Below, in pieces: positions 39,337-49,369 of a stretch of DNA of 64,000 nucleotides. This DNA comes from an uncultured Chloroflexia bacterium (lineage in GTDB: Bacteria > Chloroflexota > Limnocylindria > Limnocylindrales > CSP1-4), in assembly GCA_963704775.1 (NCBI GenBank), contig CAVPHR010000006.1:75-64074 (forward strand), written 5' to 3'. The position numbers were made by a program, and so were the translations under genes. The notes under the pieces were generated by a model that saw only the letters and a program-made list of their open reading frames with translations, did no database searches and was not told the origin of the DNA. How positions within the stretch are numbered: position 1 is the stretch's first letter; each line of letters opens with the position of its first letter.

Positions 39337-40818
39337 CCGCGGTCGACGGCGAGGTCGCCGCCGGCTCGCTGTCGGCCCGCGACCTCACGATCACCCACCG
39401 CGCCGCGGCCCGACCGGCAGTCGTCGACGTCGCGTTCGAGCTCGACCCGGGACAGACGCTGCTCATCGTCGGGCCCTCCGGATCTGGCAAGAGCACGCTC
39501 GCCCTGGCCGTTGCCGGACTCGTTCCGCGCGACATCCCGGCGACCGTCGAGGGCGAGCTGCGACTGGACGGGAGATCGATCGGCGACCTCGAGGGACCGG
39601 CCGTCGCGTCCCGGGTCGGGATCGTGTTCCAGGACCCGACCTCCCAGATCGTCATGGAGCGGGTCGAGGATGACGTCGCGTTCGGCCTCGAGAGCCGGGG
39701 TTGGCCGGCGGACCTCATGCACCGCCGCGTCCCCGAGGCGCTGGCGTCGGTCGGGCTCGAGGCCGCGCTGCGAAGGCGGTCGCGGACCCTGTCGGGAGGG
39801 CAGCAACAGAGACTCGCGCTGGCCGGCGTGCTCGCCGCGCGCCCGGGCATCCTCGTCCTGGACGAACCGACGGCGAACCTCGATCCGGCCGGAGCCGCGA
39901 CGCTGGCCGCGTGGCTGGCGACCCTGCGGGACGAACGATCGACGACCACCGTCCTGATCGAGCACCGCGCGGCGATCGCCTGGCCACTCGCCGACGTGGT
40001 CCTGGCCCTCGGACCCGATGGGCGACCCATCGACGTCGGGCCCGCGGCTGACGTCCTGGCCCGATCCGCGCGGTCGATGCGGGATGCGGGCATCTGGCTG
40101 CCGGTGGAGGTCGACCCGATCGGAGGCCCATCGTTGCCGTCCTCGTCACCAGGGTCCACGCTGCTTGCAGCGACAGATCTGAGCTACGGCTACGAGCGGG
40201 AGCGCCCCGTCCTGCATGACGCCTCGCTGGATGCGGCGGAGGGTGAACGGATCGCGCTGGTCGGGCCAAACGGCAGCGGTAAGTCCACGCTCGCGCGGCT
40301 GCTCGTCGGCCTGCTCCGACCGGACCGCGGACACGTCACGCTCGTCGGCGACGAGCCGGCCCGACTGGCGCCCCGCGAGCTTGCCCGCCGCGCCGCGTAC
40401 GTGTTCCAGGAACCGGAGCGGCAGTTCCTCGCGACGAGCGTCCTTGACGAGGTGACCCTCGGCCTGGACGCCGCTCAACGAGGCAAGGTCGACGATCTCA
40501 TGACCCGCCTCGGGACTCCCCCTGGACCAATTCGCGGACCGCAGCCCGTATCGGTTGTCCGGCGGTGAGCAGCGACGCCTGTCGCTCGCGTGCGCGCTCG
40601 TGCGGGACCCGCGCGTCCTCGTGCTCGACGAGCCGACGTTCGGGCAGGACCGGCTCGGGTACGAGGGTCTCGTCGCGATCCTCGGAGAGCGCCTGCTCGA
40701 CGGGACGTGCCTCATCGCCGCGACGCACGACGAGCGGTTCGTCCATGACGTCGCGAGCCGGATCGTGCATCTCGACCATGGCCGCATCACGTCCGACCGA
40801 CCGGCCGCGACCCCATGA
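39331..40818 (+). CDS. ykoD: ECF-transporter tandem ATPase (YkoD-like, two ABC domains), frameshift at the C5 run 40518-40522, start codon unclear
   Basis: Domain 1: GPSGSGKST, LSGGQQQRLALAG, ILVLDEPTANLD. Domain 2: GPNGSGKST, then a frame switch to LDQFADRSPYRLSGGEQRRLSLACALVRDPRVLVLDEPTFGQD. There is no in-frame ATG/GTG/TTG between the ykoE stop and Walker A. The only candidate is CTG at 39331. Confidence 0.7.
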
Positions 40819-41576
40819 TCCAGCGGCTCGACCTCACAGACGCTCAGCTCGACAGCGCCCTCGGACGGACCAGCCCGCTCGTGAAGCTCGGTGTCGCCCT
40901 GGGCTGGCTCATCGGACTCGCCTTCACGACGGCGATCTGGCCTCCGCTCATCCTGTCGGCGATCGCGCTCGCCGCCGGACTCGGGCTGGGAGGCATTCGC
41001 CCCGGCGCCCTTGGGCGGTCGCTGGCGCCGCTCTGGATCGCGGCGATCAGCATCGGGCTCGTCAACACCCTGTTCTCGGCCGCGAACGCCGACCCGACGG
41101 CCGACGTCGTCCTGGCCCTGGGTCCTATCCGGATCACCGAGGCGGCACTGGCGGGCGGAGTCGCGCTCGGCGCGAGGGTCGTCGCGATCGCGTCGGTGGG
41201 TGCCGTGTTCGCCCTCACGACCGACTCGACGCGACTGGCGGACTCGCTCGTCCAGCAGGGCCACGTGTCGGACCGGTTCGCCTACGGCGCGCTCGCCGCA
41301 TACCAGGGGATCCCGCGGTTCGCGGAGGACCTCACCACGTTGCGCCAGGCCCGCCGGATCCGGGGCATGCGCGGCGGCTGGCACCCGCGACTGCTGCTCG
41401 GCCTGCTGGTCCTCGCCATCCGCCATGGCGACCGGCTGGCGCTGGCGATGGACGCACGAGCCTTCGGATCCGGGCCACGCAGCCGCTACCGCGAGGTCCG
41501 CTGGTCCGTGATGGATGGGGCGTTCGCGATCGGGGCGGCTGCCGCCCTCGTGCTCGCCATCCCGACCGGACGGTAG
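40815..41576 (+). CDS. ykoC: ECF-transporter transmembrane (T) component (CbiQ/EcfT family, YkoC-like)
   Basis: 253-aa membrane protein with the conserved ARAF-type C-terminal motif region (LALAMDARAFGSGPR). ATGA overlap with the ATPase gene. Confidence 0.8.
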   Translation: MIQRLDLTDAQLDSALGRTSPLVKLGVALGWLIGLAFTTAIWPPLILSAIALAAGLGLGGIRPGALGRSLAPLWIAAISIGLVNTLFSAANADPTADVVLALGPIRITEAALAGGVALGARVVAIASVGAVFALTTDSTRLADSLVQQGHVSDRFAYGALAAYQGIPRFAEDLTTLRQARRIRGMRGGWHPRLLLGLLVLAIRHGDRLALAMDARAFGSGPRSRYREVRWSVMDGAFAIGAAAALVLAIPTGR

Positions 41577-41656
41577 CGTTCCGTCTGCAGGGTCACTGAG
41601 CGGATCGCCGCCCCGGTCGGCGATGATCGGAGCCTGATCCGCAGCGGGAGCGCCAC

Positions 41657-42970
41657 GTGACGGACGCCCGGACGATCGTCTTCTTCCCCGAGGGTGCATA
41701 CGGCCCGACCAACAACTGCGTCGGTATCGGGCAGGTCCTGCGCGCGCGAGGCCATCGGGTGGTATTCGTCGTCGAGGAGTCGTTCGCCGGCACCCTGGAG
41801 GCCAAGGGCTTCGAAGAGCGTCTGATGCGGCTCGGCCCGCCGCCGGAGACCCCCGAGATCCCCGGACAGTTCTGGATCGACTTCATCCGCGACACTTCGC
41901 CGGTCTTTCGCAAGTCCACGCTCGAGCAGCTCGGCGAGTTCATCGCACCCACGTTCCAGGCCCTCATCGATGGCGCGAAATACGTCGACACGAGGCTCAA
42001 CGAGATCTTCGAGGAGCTCGGCCCCGACGTGATCGTCGAGGACAACGTCGTGGCGTTCCCCGCACTCGCGGCATCCGGGCGGCCGTGGGTCCGGATCATG
42101 TCCTGCAACCCGGCCGAGCTGAAGGATCCAGCCGTGGCGCCGTTCTCGTCCGGGTACGCGGCCGCGGACCGGGGCGGCTGGCCGGCCTTCCACGAAGAGG
42201 TCCGCCGGACCCACGCCGACATGTGGGCCGATTTCGATGCGTTCTGTCGCGAGCACGGCGAGCACGGGCTGACCTATGGGGACCTCGGGCCCGACTTCAT
42301 CGCCGAGTCCCCATACCTCAACCTGTATTCCTATCCAGCGGAGGCGGACTACGCGCGCGAGCGCCCGCCCGGGCCGACATGGCACCGCCTCGACGCGACG
42401 GTCCGCGAGGCCGACACGACCTGGGAGCTGCCCGAGCACCTGCGCGAGCGCGACGGCGCACTCATCTACCTCTCGCTCGGGTCGCTCGGGTCCGCGGACG
42501 TCGGGCTCATGCAGCGGCTGGTCGACCTGCTTGCGACGACGGAGCACCGGGTCATCGTCTCGAAGGGGCCGCTGGCCGACCAGATCGCGCTCCACGACAA
42601 CCAGACCGGCGAGGGCTTCCTGCCGCAGCCGGCGATCCTGCCGCAGGTGGACCTCGTGATCACCCACGGCGGGAACAACACCGTCACCGAGGCGTTCCAC
42701 CACGGCAAGCCGATGATCGTGCTGCCGCTCTTCTGGGACCAGGTCGACAACGCGCAGCGGGTCGACGAGACCGGCTTCGGTCGACGACTCTCGACCTACG
42801 GCTTCCGCGACGAGGAGCTGACCGACGCCATCGACGAACTGCTCGACGACCGGGGTCTCGCGGCTCGCCTTGACGCCATGTCCAGACGCATCAAGGCCGG
42901 CTCCGGAACGGTCCGGGCCGCGGACCTCATCGAACGGGTCGCCCGGACGGGTGGGGCCGTCACCGCCTGA
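41657..42970 (+). CDS. GT1-family (UDP-glycosyltransferase / MGT-like) glycosyltransferase
   Basis: N-terminal FFPEGAYGPTNNCVGIGQVLRARGHRV and C-terminal nucleotide-sugar motif VITHGGNNTVTEAFHHGKPMIVLPLFWDQVDNAQRV. GTG start. Confidence 0.8.
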   Translation: MTDARTIVFFPEGAYGPTNNCVGIGQVLRARGHRVVFVVEESFAGTLEAKGFEERLMRLGPPPETPEIPGQFWIDFIRDTSPVFRKSTLEQLGEFIAPTFQALIDGAKYVDTRLNEIFEELGPDVIVEDNVVAFPALAASGRPWVRIMSCNPAELKDPAVAPFSSGYAAADRGGWPAFHEEVRRTHADMWADFDAFCREHGEHGLTYGDLGPDFIAESPYLNLYSYPAEADYARERPPGPTWHRLDATVREADTTWELPEHLRERDGALIYLSLGSLGSADVGLMQRLVDLLATTEHRVIVSKGPLADQIALHDNQTGEGFLPQPAILPQVDLVITHGGNNTVTEAFHHGKPMIVLPLFWDQVDNAQRVDETGFGRRLSTYGFRDEELTDAIDELLDDRGLAARLDAMSRRIKAGSGTVRAADLIERVARTGGAVTA

Positions 42971-43027
42971 TCACGAAGAAGCCCTCCGGATCGCGGAGGG
43001 CCTCGTCGGGCGTGGTATTGCCAGAGC

Positions 43028-43483
43028 CTACGTATCGCCGCCGCCGTCTTCGCCACCGCTGTCCTCGCAGGTGACCTTGAACACCTTCGACTTGGCCTTG
43101 ACGTCGGTGAGGTCGGCCTTGCCGTACAGCGTGGCCTTGTAGTGACCGGCATCCAGTCGGAACACGTCGGTCGCGCGGTAGCCGTCCGCGTCGGCCGGAC
43201 CGAACACGAACGGACCGGCCTCGGTGCCCTGCGGGTCATCGCCGCCCTGCACCGAGAAGACGAGGTACCCAACCTGTCCGGCATCGAGACCGAACGCCTC
43301 GACGTTGAACACGCAGACCTTCGGGTCGTTGTCGGGCGAGCCGACCGGCGTGCCCTGTTCGTGGATCTTCAGGGTGCCGTTGTTCCCGGCGAAGACCGCC
43401 GAGGATCCAAAGAGGCAGATCAGTCCTGCCGCCGCTGCCGCGGCACCGAGCCTGCGGGCCCGGCGGATGGCTGCGTTGGTCAT
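43028..43483 (-). CDS. Small secreted protein of unknown function
   Basis: From MTNAAIRRARRLGAAAAAAGLICLFGSSAVFA (signal peptide), then GNNGTLKIHEQGTPVGSPDNDPKVCVFNVEAFGLDAGQVGYLVF..., acidic Gly-rich tail. The family is not confidently recognised. Confidence 0.5.
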   Translation of the reverse strand: MTNAAIRRARRLGAAAAAAGLICLFGSSAVFAGNNGTLKIHEQGTPVGSPDNDPKVCVFNVEAFGLDAGQVGYLVFSVQGGDDPQGTEAGPFVFGPADADGYRATDVFRLDAGHYKATLYGKADLTDVKAKSKVFKVTCEDSGGEDGGGDT

Positions 43484-43730
43484 GTGGGGATACCGTCCTT
43501 CGGGCCAATTCGAGGGGTATGCGAGAGGGCGCAGGGAGCGCTCGCGGTCATTCGTCAATGGTCGTCATCGGCGGTCCGCCGGCAAGGCTCCGTTGGTTCG
43601 GACCCGACGGGCATTCGTTCGCATCGACAGGCGCTCACGAAGGCAGCCCACGTGGCGGGACGGACTTCCTGAGCGGGACTAGCATGACGACACTTTTCAC
43701 CCCGACCCGTCAGGCCCAGGAGGCACTCCC

Positions 43731-45182
43731 GTGACCGACACCCTCGAGCGAGTCAAGACCTACAAGCAGCTCATCGGCGGCGAGTTCGTCGATGCCGCCG
43801 ACGGCCGCACGGCCGATGTCATCAACCCAGCCGACGACCAGGTCATCGCCAATGTCCCGGCGAGCTCGAACGAGGACGTCGATCGCGCCGTCAACGCCGC
43901 AGATACGGCATTCCAGAGCTGGAAGAACACGACGCCACAGGATCGTTCGCTGCTCCTGCTCAAGATCGCCGACGCGCTCGAGGCGCGTGGCGACGAGCTT
44001 GGCCGGCTCGAGAGTGCCAACGCCGGCAAGCCGGTCGGGGCCGCCATCGACGAGATGGCCGTCTGCGCCGACCTGTTCCGATTCTTCGCGGGGGCCTCGC
44101 GTGTCATGGACGGCCTCGCCGCCAACGAGTTCGCGGCAGGGCACACGTCGATCATCCGGCGCGACCCGATCGGCGTCGTCGCCTCGATCGCGCCCTGGAA
44201 CTACCCGCTCTACATGGCCTCCTGGAAGCTCGGCCCGGCGCTCGCGACCGGGAACACCGTGGTCCTCAAGCCGTCCGCCCGGACCCCGCTGACCGCCCTG
44301 GCGTTCGCCGAGATCCTCGCGGAGATCCTGCCCCCGGGCGTCGTCAACGTCCTCTCGGGCGCCGGCGGCGAGATCGGTGACGCGCTGGTCGGCCATCCGA
44401 AGGTGCGTATGGTCTCGATCACTGGTGACACCGTCACGGGTAAGCGCATCGCGCGCATCGCGTCGGAGACCGTGAAGCGCCTTCACCTCGAGCTCGGTGG
44501 CAAGGCCCCGATCATCGTCTTCGACGATGCCGACGTGGACCTCGCGGCAGAGACCCTGCGGTCCGCCGGCTACTGGAACAGCGGCCAGGACTGCACCGCG
44601 GCCACGCGCGTCATCGCCGGCCCGGCGGTCTACGACAAGTTCGTCTCAGCGCTGGCCGACCAGGTCAAGACCATCAAGTGGGGCAACCCGGCCGAAGGCG
44701 ACGACATCGAAATGGGTTCGATGATCGCGCAGGCCCAGGCCGAAAAGGTCCAGGGCATGGTCGACCGGGCGCGCGCGGGCGCCGAGATCGTCGTCGGCGG
44801 AGTTCGACCGGACCGCGCCGGCGCCTACTACGCGCCGACCATCATCGCCGGGCCGGACCAGAAGTCCGAGATCATCCAGGACGAGATCTTCGGCCCGGTC
44901 GTCACCGTCCAGCGCTTCAGCGACGAGGAGCAGGCGGTCCAATGGGCCAACGACACGCCCTATGGGCTGGCGTCCTCGATCTTCACCAGCGACATCGGCC
45001 GGGCGATGCGTGTCGCGAAGGCCCTCGACTTCGGGCACGTCTGGATCAACGAGCACTTCACATTGACCTCGGAGACCCCGCACGGCGGCGTGAAGCAGTC
45101 GGGCTGGGGCAAGGACGGCTCGAAGTACGCGCTCGAGGACTACACGTTCATCAAGCACGTGATGATCAACACCGGGTCCTGA
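43731..45182 (+). CDS. NAD(P)-dependent aldehyde dehydrogenase (aminobutyraldehyde/betaine-aldehyde dehydrogenase-like)
   Basis: [10 protein letters not shown]..., [11 protein letters not shown], catalytic LELGGKAP and GQDCTAATR. 483 aa. GTG start after AGGAGG. Confidence 0.9.
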   Translation: MTDTLERVKTYKQLIGGEFVDAADGRTADVINPADDQVIANVPASSNEDVDRAVNAADTAFQSWKNTTPQDRSLLLLKIADALEARGDELGRLESANAGKPVGAAIDEMAVCADLFRFFAGASRVMDGLAANEFAAGHTSIIRRDPIGVVASIAPWNYPLYMASWKLGPALATGNTVVLKPSARTPLTALAFAEILAEILPPGVVNVLSGAGGEIGDALVGHPKVRMVSITGDTVTGKRIARIASETVKRLHLELGGKAPIIVFDDADVDLAAETLRSAGYWNSGQDCTAATRVIAGPAVYDKFVSALADQVKTIKWGNPAEGDDIEMGSMIAQAQAEKVQGMVDRARAGAEIVVGGVRPDRAGAYYAPTIIAGPDQKSEIIQDEIFGPVVTVQRFSDEEQAVQWANDTPYGLASSIFTSDIGRAMRVAKALDFGHVWINEHFTLTSETPHGGVKQSGWGKDGSKYALEDYTFIKHVMINTGS

Positions 45183-45214
45183 CCGGCGACGGGTCACGCC
45201 TGGATCGTCCGGGC

Positions 45215-46622
45215 GTGACGCTGGCGGACGTCGAGGCCGCCGTCTCGAGTCTTGACCCCGCGGCCGTCGCGGAGGCGCGCTGGTTCGGCGAGAAGTGGCG
45301 CGCGATCGAGGCGATCGACCTCGACGAGGCGTTCGTCCTCGGCGACGTCGCGCCGCATGTGCTTGCCATCGTGTCGGCGCGCCTGGCCGGCGGTGGCTCC
45401 AGTCGGTATTCCTTCGCCCTGACCGGGCGACCGCTTCGGCCGGCCGAACCGGGCGATGGCGCATGGCGGGCCCTGGCCGGCGCGATGGCCGACGGACGTG
45501 CGATCGCGGCGATCCCGTCCGCCGACGCCGAGGCGCCCGCAGCGGCCCTGGTCTGCCGGCCGGGGTCGGCGATGCCGCCGGGGATCTCGGTCGACGCCGA
45601 GCGCGACCTCGGGTCCGACCAGTCGAACACATCGGTCGTGCTCGGCGAGCAGATCGTGCTCAAGGCGTATCGACGGCTCCAGCCCGGTCTGAACCCGGAC
45701 CTCGAGTTGACCGCCTACCTGACCGAGGAGACGGGGTTCACGGCCGTCCCGCCGTTGGCGGGATTCGCGGAGGTCATCTCGGCACGCCACGGCACCGCCA
45801 CCGTGGCCATCGCCCAGGCGTATGTGGTCGACGGGGCTGATCTCTACGAGTCGATGGCTGAGGCGCTCACGGCGTGGATCCTCGCGCCGGGAGAGGTCAC
45901 GGTCGAGTTCGCGACCGAGGTCCCGGCCGACATCGGAGCACTAACGGCGGGCATGCACGCGGCCCTGGCCTCCGCGGATGGCTCGCCCGAGTTCCAGCCG
46001 CGCGACTCGACCCCGGCCGAACGACGTGCCTGGGCGACCGATGCGGCGGCCCAGCTCGAGCGGGCCCTGGCCGTCACACCGGACGACGTCGGCCACGCCC
46101 TGCGCGAGCTGGCGCCGGCGATCGCCGACGAGCTGGCGCACCTCGAGACGCTGCCCGGCACGCCGTTGCTGACCCGGGTCCACGGCGACTACCACCTGGG
46201 CCAGATCCTGCTCGCACCCGACGGCTACAGGATCATCGACTTCGAGGGAGAGCCGACACGGTCGCTCGACGAACGGCGCGCCCACGGTTCGCCGCTGCGC
46301 GACGTCGCCTCGATGCTCCGCTCGATCGACCATGTCGGCCGGAGCGCGCAGACGCCGCGCCATCGAGCGCAACGGGGGACCGGTCGCGTCGCCGGGCCTC
46401 GACCTCGAGGGGTGGCTGCGCCGGTCCCGCGAGCGATTCATCGACGCGTATCGGGCCGGCCTTCGCGAGGCCGGCGCTCCGATCGCGTTCGATGCCGACC
46501 TCCTGCGGGCCTTCGAGATCGACAAGGAGGTCTACGAGTACGTCTACGCGGCGACCTGGCTGCCGTCGTGGCTGTGGGCGCCGGACGAGGGCATGCACGG
46601 TCTGTTCGAGGACCCGGCGTGA
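45215..46622 (+). CDS. Maltokinase-like (Mak/Pep2 family) phosphotransferase, apparent frameshift near 46345-46355
   Basis: LGSDQSNTSVVLGEQIVLKAYRRLQPGLNPDLELTAYL, RVHGDYHLGQILLAPDGYRIIDFEGEP, DVASMLRSIDH. The C-terminus lies in the next frame: ...FDADLLRAFEIDKEVYEYVYAATWLPSW. The GTG start at 45215 is tentative. Confidence 0.65.
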
Positions 46623-47608
46623 CCGATCGCGCGGGTCTGCTCCTCGAGGACATCCTCGCGGGCCCCGCCGCCCTAGAACGGCTGATCCGTGCGTACGAGG
46701 ATCCGAACGGGCCGTTGAGTGCTCTCGATCCGTCGCGTCTGGCCGGGCGCCGCGTCGTCCTGTCGGGCCTCGGAAGCTCGCGCTACGCGGCGCTGACCGC
46801 GGCCGCGGACCTGCGGGCGTCGGGCGTCGCCGCCTGGGCCGAACACGCCTCGACGAGCACGGGGACACCGCCGGGACCCGATGTCGTGTTCATCGCGATC
46901 TCGGCCTCGGGCCGAACGCCGGAGGTCATCGAGGCGGCGCGCCGACATCGCCGCTCGAGCCTCGTGATCGGCGTCACCAATGATCCTGGCTCGCCGGTGG
47001 CGGGCGAGGCCGACATCGTCCTGCCGCTGTTCGCCGGGGAGGAGCGCTCCGGCGTCGCCTCCCGAACGTTCCGGGCGACGGTCGCGGTGCTCGGGCTCGT
47101 CGGTGATCGGGTTCTCGGCCAGAAGCGATCCCCGGACGCGCTGCGCTCGGCCTCGGCGGCCCTGACGGAGGCGATCGGTGGTCGCGCCGCGTGGCTCGCC
47201 GACGCCGCGGAGCTGCTCGACGGGGCGCCGGCGATCGACGTCCTCGGTGACGCCGCCGACATCGGGACCGTCTCGCAGGCCGCGCTGATGCTGCGCGAGG
47301 GCCCACGTCTGCCAGGCGAGGCGCACGACGCGGGCGACTGGCTGCACACGGCCATCTACCGAGCGCTGCCTGGTCACCGCGCCGTGCTGTTCGGCGGCAC
47401 CCCGTACGACGAGACGCTGGTCCGGACCATCGCGGGTCGGGGAGGGAAGACGCTCGTGGTCGGGTCGCCGGTCGAGGGGGCGGCCCTCGTTGTCGGCCTG
47501 CCTCGGTCGACGCCGGACGACACGGTCGGCCGCAGCCTCGTCCGTTCGATCATCGCCGAGTTCCTGTCGGCCGAGCTCTGGGGCCGGGCCGCCGCGACGG
47601 ACCTGTAG
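46619..47608 (+). CDS. SIS-domain (sugar-phosphate isomerase/aminotransferase-like) protein
   Basis: VVLSGLGSSRYAALTAAADL, VFIAISASGRTPEVIEAA, VGVTNDPGSPVAGEAD and a second SIS-like half. The GTG start overlaps the maltokinase stop (GTGA). Confidence 0.75.
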   Translation: MTDRAGLLLEDILAGPAALERLIRAYEDPNGPLSALDPSRLAGRRVVLSGLGSSRYAALTAAADLRASGVAAWAEHASTSTGTPPGPDVVFIAISASGRTPEVIEAARRHRRSSLVIGVTNDPGSPVAGEADIVLPLFAGEERSGVASRTFRATVAVLGLVGDRVLGQKRSPDALRSASAALTEAIGGRAAWLADAAELLDGAPAIDVLGDAADIGTVSQAALMLREGPRLPGEAHDAGDWLHTAIYRALPGHRAVLFGGTPYDETLVRTIAGRGGKTLVVGSPVEGAALVVGLPRSTPDDTVGRSLVRSIIAEFLSAELWGRAAATDL

Positions 47609-47611
47609 GGC

Positions 47612-48553
47612 TCAGTCGCCCACGGCCGCCCGGAGTTCGCCGAGCCGCTCGATCGTCTCGGTGTCGAACGGGTCGCGGAAGGTGAAGATCACCTCGCGGA
47701 CCCCGACCTGCCGGTAGCGGTCGACCAGGGCGGCCACCTCGTCGATGGTCCCGCCGACCGTGAGCCCGCGATCCGTCCCGTCCGAGCCGGCCACCCCCTC
47801 AAGTCCATGCAGCCTGGCGGTCTCCGCCCAGGCCTCCCGGGCCGCCGCCGGGTCGTCGCGGATCACGCCGTGGATCGTCACGGTCCGCTCGATGTCGTCG
47901 AACGGGCGGCCGACCTCGTCGCACCGCTGCCGCAGGACCTCGCCCACCTCGGCGATCCGCTCGGGCAGCCCGTAGCCGTTCCAGATGTCGGCGACGGCCG
48001 CGGTCGTGCGCAGGGTCTTGGTCGGCCCCGACCCGCCGATGAGGATCGGCATCCGCGGTTGGACCGGGCGTGGAGCGCAGACCGCATCCTGCATCGAGTA
48101 GTACCGGCCCGTGTGCGTCACGGTCTCGCCGTCGAGCAGGCGCCGGATGAGTCGGGCCGACTCGTCGAGCCGGTCCAGGCGGTCGCCGAAGCCCGTGCCG
48201 AAATCGATGCCGAAGGCCTCGTGCTCGAGCTTGAACCACCCGCCTCCGAGGCCGAGGACGGCCCGTCCGCCCGAGAGGTGATCGACCGTCGTGGCGAGCT
48301 TGGCCGTGAGGCCCGGGTTCCGGAACGTGTTGGCCCCGACGAGGAGGCCTAGCCGGACACGCTGGGTCAGGACCGCGAGCGCGGCGAGCGTCGTCCAGCC
48401 CTCGAGCTTGGCGTCGGTGGGATCGCCCTCGTCGGCGAGCAGGTGGTCGTCGATCCAGAGGCTGTCCCAGCCGACCCGCTCGGCGAGCCGGCACGCGTCG
48501 AGCAGGCTCGGCCACTCGGTCCGATTGATCCAGATGGCTGCCCCGAACCTCAT
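47612..48553 (-). CDS. Luciferase-like monooxygenase (LLM) family oxidoreductase, probably F420-dependent
   Basis: From MRFGAAIWINRTEWPSLLDACRLAERVGWDSLWIDDHLL...GLLVGANTFRNPGLTAKLATTVDHLSGGRAVLGLGGGW. The upstream 145 aa of the ORF-track entry are Arg-rich shadow sequence. Confidence 0.85.
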   Translation of the reverse strand: MRFGAAIWINRTEWPSLLDACRLAERVGWDSLWIDDHLLADEGDPTDAKLEGWTTLAALAVLTQRVRLGLLVGANTFRNPGLTAKLATTVDHLSGGRAVLGLGGGWFKLEHEAFGIDFGTGFGDRLDRLDESARLIRRLLDGETVTHTGRYYSMQDAVCAPRPVQPRMPILIGGSGPTKTLRTTAAVADIWNGYGLPERIAEVGEVLRQRCDEVGRPFDDIERTVTIHGVIRDDPAAAREAWAETARLHGLEGVAGSDGTDRGLTVGGTIDEVAALVDRYRQVGVREVIFTFRDPFDTETIERLGELRAAVGD

Positions 48554-48558
48554 GGGCG

Positions 48559-49278
48559 TTACGCGCGGACGGTCGCGAGGAACCGGAAGACCGGCATCCC
48601 CGCGGCGAAGGCGTCGGCGAGTGTGTCCGGCAGCGACGGCGACAGCACCTCGGCGTCGGACAGGCGCCGGCCGAAGACGACGTCCTTGTAGCGGAACAGG
48701 TCGGCCATCGGGTGGTCCACGGGCAACCCTGGCGGCACGCGCTTGAGGTGCTCGTGGGCGGTGACCGTCCCGAATGCCGCCTGGAACCCGGGCTCCTCGA
48801 GCGCCGCCCGGACACGATCGGGGTCCTCCACGATGGCCCGCCGGAACGCATCGAGGCGGGGCTTCTCGGCCATCCACATGCCGCCGCCGACGTACATCTC
48901 GCCGGGCTGGAAGTTGAAGTAGCCGCCGTTCCCGTGGGCTGAGCCATCGGCCTCGATCAGGCTGCCGTCGGCGGAGCGCTCGAGCCACGGGAAGCTCGCC
49001 CCGAGGTGCGTCTTGTACGGCGACTTGTCCTTCGAGAAGCGCGTGTCGCGGTAGATCCGGAAGATCGAGCGCTTGGGATCGGCGAGCAGCGGGATGTCGC
49101 GGGCCGCCAGGCGCTCCGCGAGCGCGGCGACCAGCGCCTCGATCGGTTCCTTGAGCAGCCGCTCGTAGTCGGCCTTGCGCGGGTTGAACCAGTCGCGCTC
49201 GTTGTTCGCCGCGAGGTCGGCCAGGAAGTCGATGGCCTCGGGCCGGAACCCGCTGAACGTGGACGTGGCGATGGCCAT
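48559..49278 (-). CDS. DUF2461 / TIGR02453-family protein
   Basis: FSGFRPEAIDFLADLAANNERDWFNPRKADYERLLKEP...FRIYRDTRFSKDKSPYKTHLG...GGGMW is characteristic of this family. Confidence 0.8.
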   Translation of the reverse strand: MAIATSTFSGFRPEAIDFLADLAANNERDWFNPRKADYERLLKEPIEALVAALAERLAARDIPLLADPKRSIFRIYRDTRFSKDKSPYKTHLGASFPWLERSADGSLIEADGSAHGNGGYFNFQPGEMYVGGGMWMAEKPRLDAFRRAIVEDPDRVRAALEEPGFQAAFGTVTAHEHLKRVPPGLPVDHPMADLFRYKDVVFGRRLSDAEVLSPSLPDTLADAFAAGMPVFRFLATVRA

Positions 49279-49369
49279 GGGACGACTCCTGACTGGTTCG
49301 GGGAGACGAATTTACGCCACGCCGCTCACCTCCGGATCATCGCCCGTCGGCTCGCCTATCCTGCCTCAC

